Position numbers and translations under genes: made by a program. Of a stretch of 64,000 bases of DNA, positions 12,978-23,413 are shown piece by piece (within the stretch, counting starts at the first letter, position 1; the number at the start of each line of letters is the position of its first letter). The notes below the pieces were generated by a model, which was not told where the DNA came from, searched no databases, and worked only from the letters and a program-made list of their open reading frames with translations. This DNA is from Lingula anatina (lineage: Eukaryota; Animalia; Brachiopoda): assembly GCA_051362555.1 (NCBI GenBank), contig JBPQGU010000016.1:3534001-3598000 (forward strand), in the 5' to 3' direction.

Positions 12978-13015
<38 letters not shown>
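12978..13015. repeat. (TAA)n microsatellite, ~12 units
   Basis: Seen directly. Confidence 0.95.
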
Positions 13016-13617
13016 GAGGGTTAGGGGTAAAATTGTAAAGATATTATTGTTTGAGCACTTTCAAATTAAATCTGCTAAAACTGATCTGTAAGCATTGTGT
13101 TTGGGATTGATGATTTCTCCAGTAACAGAGGATGTCGTAAATCGAAAGGATTAAAAGTTTTGTTAATATGCCCAGTATTTTGTAAATAATTGAGAGCATT
13201 TTAAGAATACATCTACAGGATTTCCAACAGCCCACATTTATAAATACAATTTGTATGAATTTACGACATTGCTTTTTTAAAAATCTGTCCTACATTTTTT
13301 ATAGTGAGACGGGTTTTTTAATATCTATTTATAAATTAGTTCATCCTCCCAGATAAAATTTTCTTAATTTAATATAAGTCCATATTCTAAGGGTTTTGGT
13401 TTGCTAGAGAAAATTGTTTCAAATTTCACGACCTTCTCATCAAACGAACGCTTCAATTTTAAATTAAAACGGAAACATAAGAGATCTTGACACACTTTTG
13501 AAATGGGAACAATGAAATTTGCTCCTCCACCCAAAACTTAGAACTGCATATTCTGATATGTTTGAAAATGTCTCATTAAAATCATAATTAAAATAAATTG
13601 ATCCTTTTATATAAAGA

Positions 13618-14110
13618 AATGGACTCCACCCACCTGTCACCCCTCAAATCGAATGGACTTGTCCCACCTGTCACCCCTCAGATGAAATGGACTCGCCCCA
13701 CCTGTCACCCCTCAAATCGAATGGACTCGCCCCACCTGTCACCCCTCAAATCGAATGGACTCGTCCCACCTGTCACCCCTCAAATGGAATGGACTCACCC
13801 CACCTGTCACCCCTCAAATCGAATGGACTCGCCCCACCTGTCACCCCTCAAATGGAATGGACTCGTCCCACCTGTCACCCCTCAGATGGAATGGACTCGC
13901 CCCACCTGTCACCCCTCAGATGAAATGGACTCGCCCCACCTGTCACCCCTAAGATGAAATGGACTCGCCCCACCTGTCACCCCTCAGATGAAATGGACTC
14001 GCCCCACCTGTCACCCCTAAGATGAAATGGACTCGCCCCACCTGTCACCCCTCAAATGGAATGGACTCGTCCCACCTGTCACCCCTCAAATCGAATGGAC
14101 TCGACCCACT
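13618..14110. repeat. 34-bp GC-rich minisatellite, ~14.5 copies
   Basis: Unit aatggactcgccccacctgtcacccctca(a/g)at(c/g)(g/a); ggact occurs at 13621, 13655 and onward at 34-bp spacing. Confidence 0.97.
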
Positions 14111-14444
14111 TGAAAACTTTCAATGCAGGTCAGTGGTGGGTGGAAGGGTATCACGTGATTTTCGGGAGCCAATGAAATAAGCAGGAATTTTACACTCCGT
14201 TATAGGTAAACAAAATGGCACGTTCGACGCACCAGGAGGATTGTTTATTTAGGAGGCATGCACATAAATTTGGTGGGTATTTTAAAAGCATTTTACTATT
14301 TACAACGATCAGTACCATCTCAACTTAACTCATGTGAAGTGATTTTCAAGTGTTTGGTCTGTTTATGTTTTTATGACAATTTAAATTAGGCATAGCTTCA
14401 TATGTAGTTTGACAATTGTAAACTGAAGTTTTCACACCACAAGC

Positions 14445-14985
14445 CTTCTTTCAAGTGAAATATCTCGAAAAGCACTGGGACGATTTTTTTCCAACTTTTC
14501 AGTAATGTTGCTCATTTATTTGTTGACAAAAAGTGCCGATGGCACCCGATGGCACCCCTGGATCTTTGGAGTTATAGACGGTATAATCCTTCATACCCAA
14601 TTACGACCATTTTTGTAGGAATGCGTCTTTATAATGTTAAACTCCCTCATTAAAAAGCATATATCTGAAAAAGTAAACGGTAGATTTTTTCCAAATCTTA
14701 ATCTGACGTTTTTCGTGTACCTTTTTACATAATATGTAGCCTGCAACTGACAGCACCCCTGGGTCTTGGGATATATAGACAATGCAGTGCCATGGCAAAT
14801 TACGGCCATTTTTGTTTGAGTGAATTTTGGATCACGCAGACCCCGTCTTTCAAATCAAATATCTGAAAAAGCAATCGGACAATTATTTTCAAAATTGTCA
14901 GAAATGTTGCTTAGATATTGGTTAGCAAAAAGAGCCTATGGCACCCAATGGCACCCCAGGATCTTGAGAATTATAGGCTGTATAT
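14445..14985. repeat. Three diverged ~200-bp tandem units inside the 2.9-kb element
   Basis: atatct(c/g)..aaaag ... gcacccc(t/a)gg.tctt ... tatag recurs near 14460, 14660 and 14860. Confidence 0.7.
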
Positions 14986-16443
14986 AGTGCATGCCAAAGT
15001 ACTGTTTTGGTTATCCCACGGCCAGCATTTATAACAACAGCATAATTGCACTTGTATATCACTTACATGCTTGTCTGTATTTTAAAGCATAATGTGCAAT
15101 CTGATCACTATACAAGCACATTCCTACAACTGTTGAAGGGCTAGTCATGGTATTAGTCAGTTACAACTACTTGTCATTCACTGTGTATGATGTACAAGAG
15201 CCTATTATATCTCAACTGTAGCTCCATATAATAGCACTCTTTTATGCCACATACAGTAATTGGCTCAAGTACATATCAAATAAACATTTTTTTTTAAATA
15301 CTGATGATAGTCTCATATCTTTTTCAGCATGGACTACAATTTTTATTTTTGAAATGCTGTGCACTATAAAGGTGAGAAGTAATTCATCGGAATGCCATAG
15401 TTGTAAACGTGTGACTTATGTTTCCATTGCTCATCTATTTCGTTAACATTGACAAAAACATGTTCTGTGTTTGTTTTGCCTAAACTTTCATTTTAATCTT
15501 ACTATCATAAAAATTGAAATCATATTTAAGTATAATGGTAACAGGTTACCTAAAAAGTTGAAGCCTTATCCAGTTAAATAATAATAATATCAAATATAAA
15601 ACATTTACTGCTTTTTAATTTCAGGGAATGGAAACAGCTTTTAACCTCATAATGGGATACCGCCTATGGATTGTAGCTGAAATTAGAGACTTGAGATAAC
15701 AGGAATGATGTTTGTTATTTCCAAAATCTGTGCCTTCATGGAGTGTGACATTGTAATAAACATGATTGCTTTTTAATTACTCAGTCATCAAATGTTAAAT
15801 TAGTAGTTTGTCACAATATCAAATATTGTATTATCTGCATAGAGAATTCCCCTCATCTTTTGTAAGTTAAGTTTTGATTAATTAAGTAAAGTGAGTAGTA
15901 AGTCTCATGAACTTGGAGAAAATTAAATACTGCAGATCTTGAAAAAACTTCGTTTATTGTGATTTCTGTCAGGTATGAGGATTTGTAAATGTTGATAATA
16001 CATTACATTTTCTGTCTCTTATTATATGCATTTACCATGATTTCTCACTCTGAGTAATGTTCGCATCTGGCAAACTAACTTGAAATTCAAGGCATATTTT
16101 ATAGTTTTAAAAAGGTGATATTAAAATCTGACCAATACGAATTTAAAGTAATCTGAATTCTATCAGGATTTCAGTCTTGCCTGTGCTATGTATGTATTTG
16201 TAGGTTGTCACCCTTTTAAATCATTTAAAAAGTATTATTATATTATTTCAATATTTTGTGAATATTTAAATGAGTTATAAAATTTATAAGAAAAATGTAA
16301 GAAATAAAATATACTGTTAATTATGTTTTTATGAAATATGTGAAATAAAAAGTTTATAATCATATCAAAGTTCTTCCATTTGTTTATGATAATTTTGTCA
16401 TTTTACATTTTCTTTGCCTTAAACTTTGGTCAAGCTTACTTTC

Positions 16444-16444
<1 letters not shown>

Positions 16445-16483
<39 letters not shown>
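16445..16483. repeat. Poly(A) tract, ~39 nt
   Basis: Seen directly. Confidence 0.9.
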
Positions 16484-16485
<2 letters not shown>

Positions 16486-17879
16486 TTGTCACATGCCCTT
16501 TCTTATAGTTATCTGAATTATCAACTTGTCATAATTTACTATTTTAATTTCTAGAGTTAATTATTATTCTTATTCAAACAAGAAATTATCAATTATACAC
16601 AGAAAAATTAAAGTCAATAACAAATCAACACTGCCAGCAAATTTTACTCTGCCCAAGCTACAGTCACTATATATAGGATAGTAGGCCTACACACTGACAG
16701 AGATGTGATACCTATGCCACGGTGACATTTTACAACTCTACTCGTCGGTTTGTTGATCATAAATTGCACATTTTTTCAAGTGTTTCATTATTAGTTTGTA
16801 GCATCCATATTTATATTTATATACATTTATACATAATGAAACAAAGTCGGCGTAACGTTACGCAAATGCCCCAATAAACAATGCATCGCACACAGTTGCG
16901 CCAACGCTTTACTGGACGAAGACGCAGGAAGACGTCGCCGGGAGCTCACTTTCGATGTTCACTCTTCGACGGCAAAACGTCAAATGACTGACGTGCGTGC
17001 GCATCATTTGACGTATCACGTGATACCCTTCCAACCACCACTGAATGCAGGTCGTCTTCTTACAGGGTCTAGCTATCCAGTGACCAACCAGGAGCATAGC
17101 TTGCACTGCGATGGGCGACTTTTTCTTATGCAAATTACAACTGGTACAGTGCATGGCACATTTGAGGAGTTGCTGTGGAAATTGGTCTCAAAGAACGGCG
17201 AAATTATGGAAATTATTTTACTATTGTGACAAGGCTATTACCCGCGTAGACCTATTTGTCACCATACATAATATTTTTCTAGGACAACTAGTTTATATTA
17301 AATCAAAAACTAAAAATAGCAATGAAGACAGGTATAACAAGTAAATGATGATGCTCATACATTCGGGGAGTAGCTTTGCGTAGGATGAAATATATTGTAT
17401 TGTACGCCCCCCTGGCTGTCGATTGTAAGTAATAGACATAAACTGGCCCGCTCGAAGATTCTGCGGGTCCGTGGTCAAAGTTAAATAAAAATAACCATGA
17501 TTAAGGGAAGTTATTGAAGTTATCAATTTAAGATTTAGAGATACTAATAAATTTACCTTTTTTAACACTGGTCGTATTCACAAAAGATCGTAAACATTAC
17601 AGAGAGAAGGAAAAGTACCCAAGAGAAGGGAGGTGGGGGGGGGGGGTGAAGGAGCGCAATGTGAAACAAATTAATATTATGTTCTTATTTATCTATTCAA
17701 TTTCATAAATAATTTGTAAACTCTTCACTCTTGATTCAAATAAATAAAAAGCAACAATTAAAACTTGTAGTACTTGCCACAGAAGCCAAACTGAAGTAAA
17801 ACATTTGAAATAGCATAAAAAGAGGAAGACAAGTAAAAAAAATAAATTCTCAAATTTTTAGTCTATCACAAGTCTATCA

Positions 17880-18520
17880 AATTTTTAGAAACTAATAATC
17901 TTTCTTCGACAGTATCCTTAACATAACCGTCTTTTGTGTTTTCAGATCGCCATCTACCGTGTTTCTTAAACAGTCTGTCTTTAGTCCCTGCATTAGAATC
18001 CAGCATATGAAATCAAACAAACGGAAAGTACTCGGAGATCCTTCAAAGTGACTTCAGAACTCATAAAATTAGTAACCAATTTAGAAATGTGCTTAGCAGT
18101 TACAGGTTCCTTTTTTGTTACTCTATGATCTTTCCGTCTCTGAGATGCTTCCTTCACTGCAATAACGAATTTTGACTCGCAATTTCGGATTTTTCTTACA
18201 GTTGGCTGTACCATGAAACCATTTTAAAGTGTAAAAAGATGTCTAAACCGCAGCAGAATAATTACAAGTTTGTGACAAATTTTGAAGATAAAAAGCAACA
18301 ATCGAGTCTTTCGCTGTAAAGAAAGAGGTCACACCGATCGTATTACACCGTTCAAGCCATTTTTGGAAGCCGTAAGAATATTTTCTCACTGTGTTGTCTG
18401 CTCTTGACTTCAAAATGACATCTGGTAATGAATCTGCTAAAGCCTTCAAACTTTTATTGCTTGTAACCTCCACGTCTTGGAGGATAGCATTATCAAGAAA
18501 ACATGAAAAAGGAAAAAAAG
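17880..18520 (-). pseudogene. Tyrosine recombinase of element #2 with an internal deletion
   Basis: LPDVILKSRADNTVRKY...FQKW, KKEPVT, DLRVLSVCLISYAGF, then directly AGTKDRLFKKHGRWRSENTKDGYVKD...RLLVSKNL. Confidence 0.9.
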
Positions 18521-18701
18521 AAAATTTTTGAAAACAAAACTCTAGCAATCGTTCCCATAATCTCTGTTCATCCTGGACAATAATCATGTCCATGTTAACT
18601 GTCATTGATCAATGATTGTGATCCTAATGGCCATTTCTTCCATTCCTTCCTTCAATGTTGCAGAACTCCATTACAGCATGTTGTATCGATAACCCATTGG
18701 T

Positions 18702-18870
18702 AACTAGAGCGCAGACCTCCGCCAAGGCAGCGATTTTTTATTATTATTGATTTTTGATTGATTATTGATCCGGATCACCACCAAAAAATAATCATCTCTT
18801 CCTTGGCCCACTTCGTGCAGTTCCTGAAAAATTCATCAAAATCGGTCTAAGAAATACATAAACAAAGCCA
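18702..18870. mobile_element. Helentron/Helitron-like non-autonomous fragment nested in element #2
   Basis: aactagagcgcagacctccgccaagg ... gatccggatcaccacc ... aaattcatcaaaatcgg resembles a widespread metazoan repeat type. Assignment is from recall and untested. Confidence 0.45.
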
Positions 18871-19029
18871 TCTCCATTATATCAATGATCCAGTGATCGT
18901 CTGTTTATCTCTCCTTCGAAGAAAGTGAGTTTTAAATTCTATAAACAGATGACCAATTATTCATCTACTTTAAATCCCTTTAAATATGAAAAACTTATTC
19001 GTATTTAAAACAAATGGTCCCAAACCGGG

Positions 19030-19735
19030 TTTTCTGGCATCTGAATAGACCGTTTTTAACTTACTAGGCAAGCTTTGTACACGTAGACTTTTCTCATTTA
19101 AAAAAAAAAAAGAAAACTAAATTGTCTTTCCAAAAATTAATTCTTTAATGCAAGACATTCGTCTTTAATATTAATATTAAAATCCCAATGCTTCCTCTAG
19201 TTATTTATCTAGATACATTTCCAATCAATGGAGACATAATAATAAAACAGAAATAATTTTACCTGTAACCCTGGCCAATTTTATAGCTGTTATATACGGT
19301 AAATCTGAAACCAATTCGTCTAAAAGACACAGAGCATTACTAGTACATGTAGAAAGCCTTCTTTCGGGAATAAACAATCCCCTTACTTCCATGTCCCAAA
19401 TAATCCCCAACCATTCCAATTTGTTGACTGGTTCTAATTTACTTTTTTCAGCGTTTAAAACAAAATCTGCTTTAAACAGATCCATTTTAATTTTTTAGAA
19501 TGTAGTTTTAAATGTAATATATTTTTCTAGGGAATTTTCAGACACAATACCGTCATCTAAATAAACAACAATGGGGATTCCATTTTTCTCCAATACCCAA
19601 CTAAACGTCTAAGTATTTTAGTAAAAATAAACGGTGCTGAAGAAAGGCCAAACGAAAGTACCAAAAAAAAAAAAAAAGAATTCTTTCCGTTGATTTAAAA
19701 AAGTTTGAGATGCCGGAGCAATATCTAAATGGTGA
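19030..19735 (-). pseudogene. RT core and start of RNase H of element #2 (disrupted)
   Basis: HLDIAPASQTF, VLSFGLSSAPFIFTKILRRLVGYWR, IVVYLDDG, FVLNAEKSKLEP..LEWLGIIWD, LARVTGKIIS, YSDAR. Confidence 0.9.
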
Positions 19736-19759
19736 ATAAATAAATAAACACAACACTTA

Positions 19760-20478
19760 ACTGCAGAATTATCTCAACAAATATTATCTGTGGTCTTGCT
19801 CACATTCCCAAAAGTGAGAGTGTAATATGCCTTTGGTCCATGCAACCAGATCTCTTGTCCTCCTTGTCTGTTCAGCCTAAAATATAAAATTGCAAGACAG
19901 CTATTTAATTCTTAATGCATAACTCTATTAAAAAGGAAAATGTCCATGATGGAAAAAAACTCATTTATTTTTTCTACCTGAAGATATGGAAAATGGTGCA
20001 ATAGTTTGTGTTGTTCTCATGCATATCTACTCACAGTGATTTTTGCCCCATGCCAAATGTCCCACGAATGTTTTATCCCGATTCATTTTTTTTTTCTGAA
20101 ATAAGAAAAATTTAGCTAAATATATAGAGAGATATAACAAAAAAATAGCAAGAATTGCAACTAAATAATCACATACATGTAGATACATTTCACATACTAA
20201 ATTTGCTTTCTAATTATTATAGTAAGACCTAAACAGCACTTTGTACTTAAGTGTGCAACAAGGGCATCTTTGACCACTTCTGTTGCACTGATTCCTTTTT
20301 TTTTTTTTCAGGAAATCCATAGCCCTGACAAACCCTTCCTTCTCCATTACAGAGCTACTCAGCTTGGTTTCTTTCTTCCTTACAACTTCTGCTTCCAACA
20401 CATCCCCTGTTTCATAGTCAACAATAATGCTCGCGCAATATTGTGCACTATGTTCTGGGCTGTCCATTCTGCCATCAA
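19760..20478 (-). pseudogene. Spliced Kolobok-superfamily DDE transposase remnant (three exons)
   Basis: Exon after acceptor ttcatag: DGRMDSPEHSAQYC...MEKEGFVRAMDFL...EVVKDA. Next exon GIKHSWDIWHGAK followed by gtgag. Next exon AEQTRRTRDLVAWTKGI...HFWEC. These match the DGRxDSPGHSAxYC / MEKEG / HxxDxWH / W..I.NHxW motif series of Kolobok transposases. Confidence 0.8.
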
Positions 20479-20687
20479 CTATGAATAAATGGGATATATC
20501 GAAACACGGACATCATAAATATGTGGTGCGACAATTCCTAAAACAACACTTGGTGGGATTTAGGACACATTCCTATAGACACCACAGGTCTACATTGATC
20601 GACCAGACTTGGCATGGATTTTCACTGCTATCAGCTGAATAGGTAACCCCCCCCTCTAAGAAATAAAATTGTTCATGTTCCTTTTGT

Positions 20688-20689
<2 letters not shown>

Positions 20690-20762
<73 letters not shown>
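20690..20762. repeat. (AT)n microsatellite, ~36 units
   Basis: Seen directly. Confidence 0.97.
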
Positions 20763-20766
<4 letters not shown>

Positions 20767-21544
20767 CCAAAGGAATAGAGGGTAATAAGTCATACTCAAA
20801 TTATATTTTAGGATGCCAACCCATGTTATTTTCATCTTATTCCTTCTCAAAGTGTGTCTTGCCTTTAAATGTAAAGCTCTATGTTATTTAATGAAAGACA
20901 ATATAAGTTCCATCTGTTTAGAGATGTATGTCGGTCTGCTTTATAGCAATTAAGTCCCTGCTGTGGTTTAGGCCTACTGGTCACAACCAGAACATCAGAA
21001 CCACTGCTTCCATCCACCGCTTCTACTTGTGGACATGGGTACACTTGATATAGAAACAAAACACGCATTTAGTTAAAATTTTAGATTAATCAATTTAATC
21101 CATAAAGTTTAAATAACACATTTGCAATAAAGTTTTTGATTAAGTTTTTTATCAAAATTAAAATAGATTATTGTAATAATGTTATTAAAGTATGTGCCCT
21201 TTTTCAAATGCAAAGAATGCAAAGCAACCCTTATATATACATGTACCTGTATATAAATATGTTTGATAAGATCTCTTGGAGATATTTAAGCACATTTAAA
21301 AGACACTCACTCAGAAACAGATTTTTCAATATCGCTTAATTTGGGATCAGGAATGGACTTAGCAGTGGTCCTCACCCTCGCCTGAACAAAGAAGCTCAAA
21401 CAAATCAAGAACAAATCAATATCCGAATAACGACGGTGATATGGCCCTGCTGGCGCATATTAATTTCGTGATCTGTAAACACAGGGAATCAGCAGTTGTT
21501 AACTTTCTCTTATATAGTATATTTTGAACAAGCTGTCTGTACAG

Positions 21545-21602
21545 GGAGGGGGGGGGGGCGGGGTCGGTCCGCCCCCTTAAAATATTCCTGGATCCGCCCC
21601 TG
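21545..21602 (-). mobile_element. One terminus of a CAGGGGCGGATCCAGG MITE
   Basis: cctggatccgcccctg ends at 21602. The partner terminus was not identified. Confidence 0.55.
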
Positions 21603-21679
21603 TTAGACATGGTACCTATCTGTATCTTAAAAAAAAAACTGCTGGTATATGATAGACGGGAAGAGCGCATGGGAAATGA

Positions 21680-21800
21680 CGGTTTAGGCCGGATCTAAAG
21701 CCTTCCACAGTTTCAGCAGTAACTTGTTGGTCACTTCGTTCATTCCACTCGGAGACTGTTCTGGTAAAGAAAGAGTTTCAAACTGGTGTGTCGCAGTGTG
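21680..21800 (-). mobile_element. 3' end fragment of a CR1/L2-group LINE ORF2
   Basis: The minus strand reads NSFFTRTVSEWNERSDQQVTAETVEGFRSGL, matching the SFFPRTxxxWNxL...V.A.sv..Fk..L C-terminal signature. Confidence 0.7.
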
Positions 21801-22138
21801 ATTCTTGCACTTAGAGTTTGTTTTAAATCCTAATATTAGTACATAAATGTAATTTATTCTAAAATGTGAGGCCTAATAATAAGGAGCTACGGGCAAATTT
21901 CTTCAACAATCAGTTTCTTTTTCAAACTGATTGTTTGACACATCATGATAACAACGGAAACCACCAAACTTCAATTAAGATAATTAATTGTATTTATGTA
22001 GCAAATGGTTTGTTTTAGTGGTGGTATTAACTTTTTGGTAATACATCGACGTTTTGTTTATAGGAAATTAGTCTGGTTAGTTAGTAGTAGGTAGTAGGAT
22101 GGTAGTTTGGGTCTTGTGTCTACGCATTTTTACCTTAA

Positions 22139-22413
22139 GGCTTCATTCACATGCAATGTCTATTTTCTAAATTCTATTTTCTATTCGCGGTATGTCTTAT
22201 GATCACGGTCTGTGCCCTGATTATCCCGCGGCGTAATTACTGGCAGCGCGAGCCAGTTACTATAAGTTACTATAAGTAACTGCATACTATAAGTAACTGG
22301 CTCGCGCTGCCAGTAATTACGCAGCGGGATATTCAGGGCACAGACCGTGATCATAAGATAGCGCGAATAGAAAATAGATTTTTAGAAAATAGACATTCCA
22401 TGTGAACGAAGCC
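22139..22413. mobile_element. Foldback MITE, PIF/Harbinger-like (GGC...GCC, TAA TSD)
   Basis: ~120-bp near-perfect inverted arms starting ggcttc(a/g)ttcacatg. taa at 22136-22138 and 22414-22416. Confidence 0.92.
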
Positions 22414-22537
22414 TAAGTAGTTGACCAAGGCAAGGTGATAACTAATGTCCAGGGTTAAGGAATTTCTTAGCTGCTGTGTATCTAGGCACACACATTTGCA
22501 CCCCCACCTTTAATAATTACATATTTCTTTTTAGTTA

Positions 22538-22773
22538 CCCGCACGAAAATGCAGTAGTATCGAAGTAGCAAAGCGGCGGGAGCATATTTGCAGTATAGCC
22601 TACTGCAATTCTACTCCAAAAAGTACATAGGTTTGTACAGAGAGGAGCATAAATGCAGTAGAATAGCAGCAAATATGTTAATTAGCTCCCCAATCGAAGC
22701 AGATTTGAGAGATGTTTGCAGTATGATTGCAGTAGTCTACTGCGATGGAGTATCTACTGCATTTTCGTGCGGG
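22538..22773. mobile_element. MITE with 20-bp perfect TIR (CCCGCACGAAAATGCAGTAG) and TA flanks
   Basis: Perfect TIR pair, ta on both sides and several internal gcagta/tactgc motifs. Confidence 0.88.
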
Positions 22774-23413
22774 TAATTTTAATTGTGTCACTATAATATA
22801 TTAGCCTTATCACATAATAATTTTTTTAATTCCCATGACAAAACACCCCGGTGACTCCCTTCGCCACATAAGTTTTCATGTAATTATTGAACAGAGCAAA
22901 AAATCTCCCTATTTCTGTAGATTATAAATTTTATGAAAGATGTTTTTGGGACTAATTCTATCGAGCTGCATTCAGTGAGAAGTCATTCAGTTTTGTAGCT
23001 GCGGAGATATTGACGGCCGCACTAAATAATGCCTGCAAAACTGCATGAACAGAATATTTTGGTTAAACATTTCCTATCCTCATAGACAGCAGACTCACTG
23101 ACGTAACTCCCAATGCCACAACTTAAGTCTCAAAAAGTTACTTTTCATACCGGCAGTACTGTAATATTGAACATGTGCATTCTCTTGTTTGTAAACAAAC
23201 CACTGCACTGTCCACAGTCGTAAGCTCCCTCCGCCAGATGTCCAAACTGCACAGCACTGAGCCAGGTCTCGCCCAATAATAGGAAGCAATTTAAGCCCCA
23301 ACCTGCTACTTGACACAAAATTAACCACTAGCAACACACAAAAAATGTCAGGAAAAAAAAGGGAAACAATCACTAATTTCACGCAGCACTTCATTCGTTA
23401 TAACAGTCCGTGA

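Larger units (their letters stand above)
14131..17043. mobile_element. 2913-bp non-autonomous DNA transposon with 29-bp TIRs and a 9-bp TSD
   Basis: Left TIR cagtggtgggtggaagggtatcacgtgat versus reverse complement of right TIR cagtggtggttggaagggtatcacgtgat (28/29). TSD aatgcaggt at 14122-14130 and 17044-17052. No transposase ORF seen. Confidence 0.93.
17395..19740 (-). mobile_element. Decayed, 5'-truncated tyrosine-recombinase retrotransposon (DIRS/Ngaro-like) #2
   Basis: RT, partial RNase H and YR on the minus strand. The 3' region contains ggggcgtacaa on the minus strand. Confidence 0.85.

Noticed and set aside
13016-13030. Telomere-like gggttagggg
   Set aside because: A single unit, expected by chance.
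13598-13957. Pro-rich repetitive ORFs in three frames
   Set aside because: By-product of a 34-bp unit that is not a multiple of three.
16445-16483. Poly(A) as the tail of a retrocopy or SINE
   Set aside because: No flanking TSD or recognisable retroelement body identified.
20573-20850. IYIYIY ORFs
   Set aside because: Translation of the (AT)n microsatellite.
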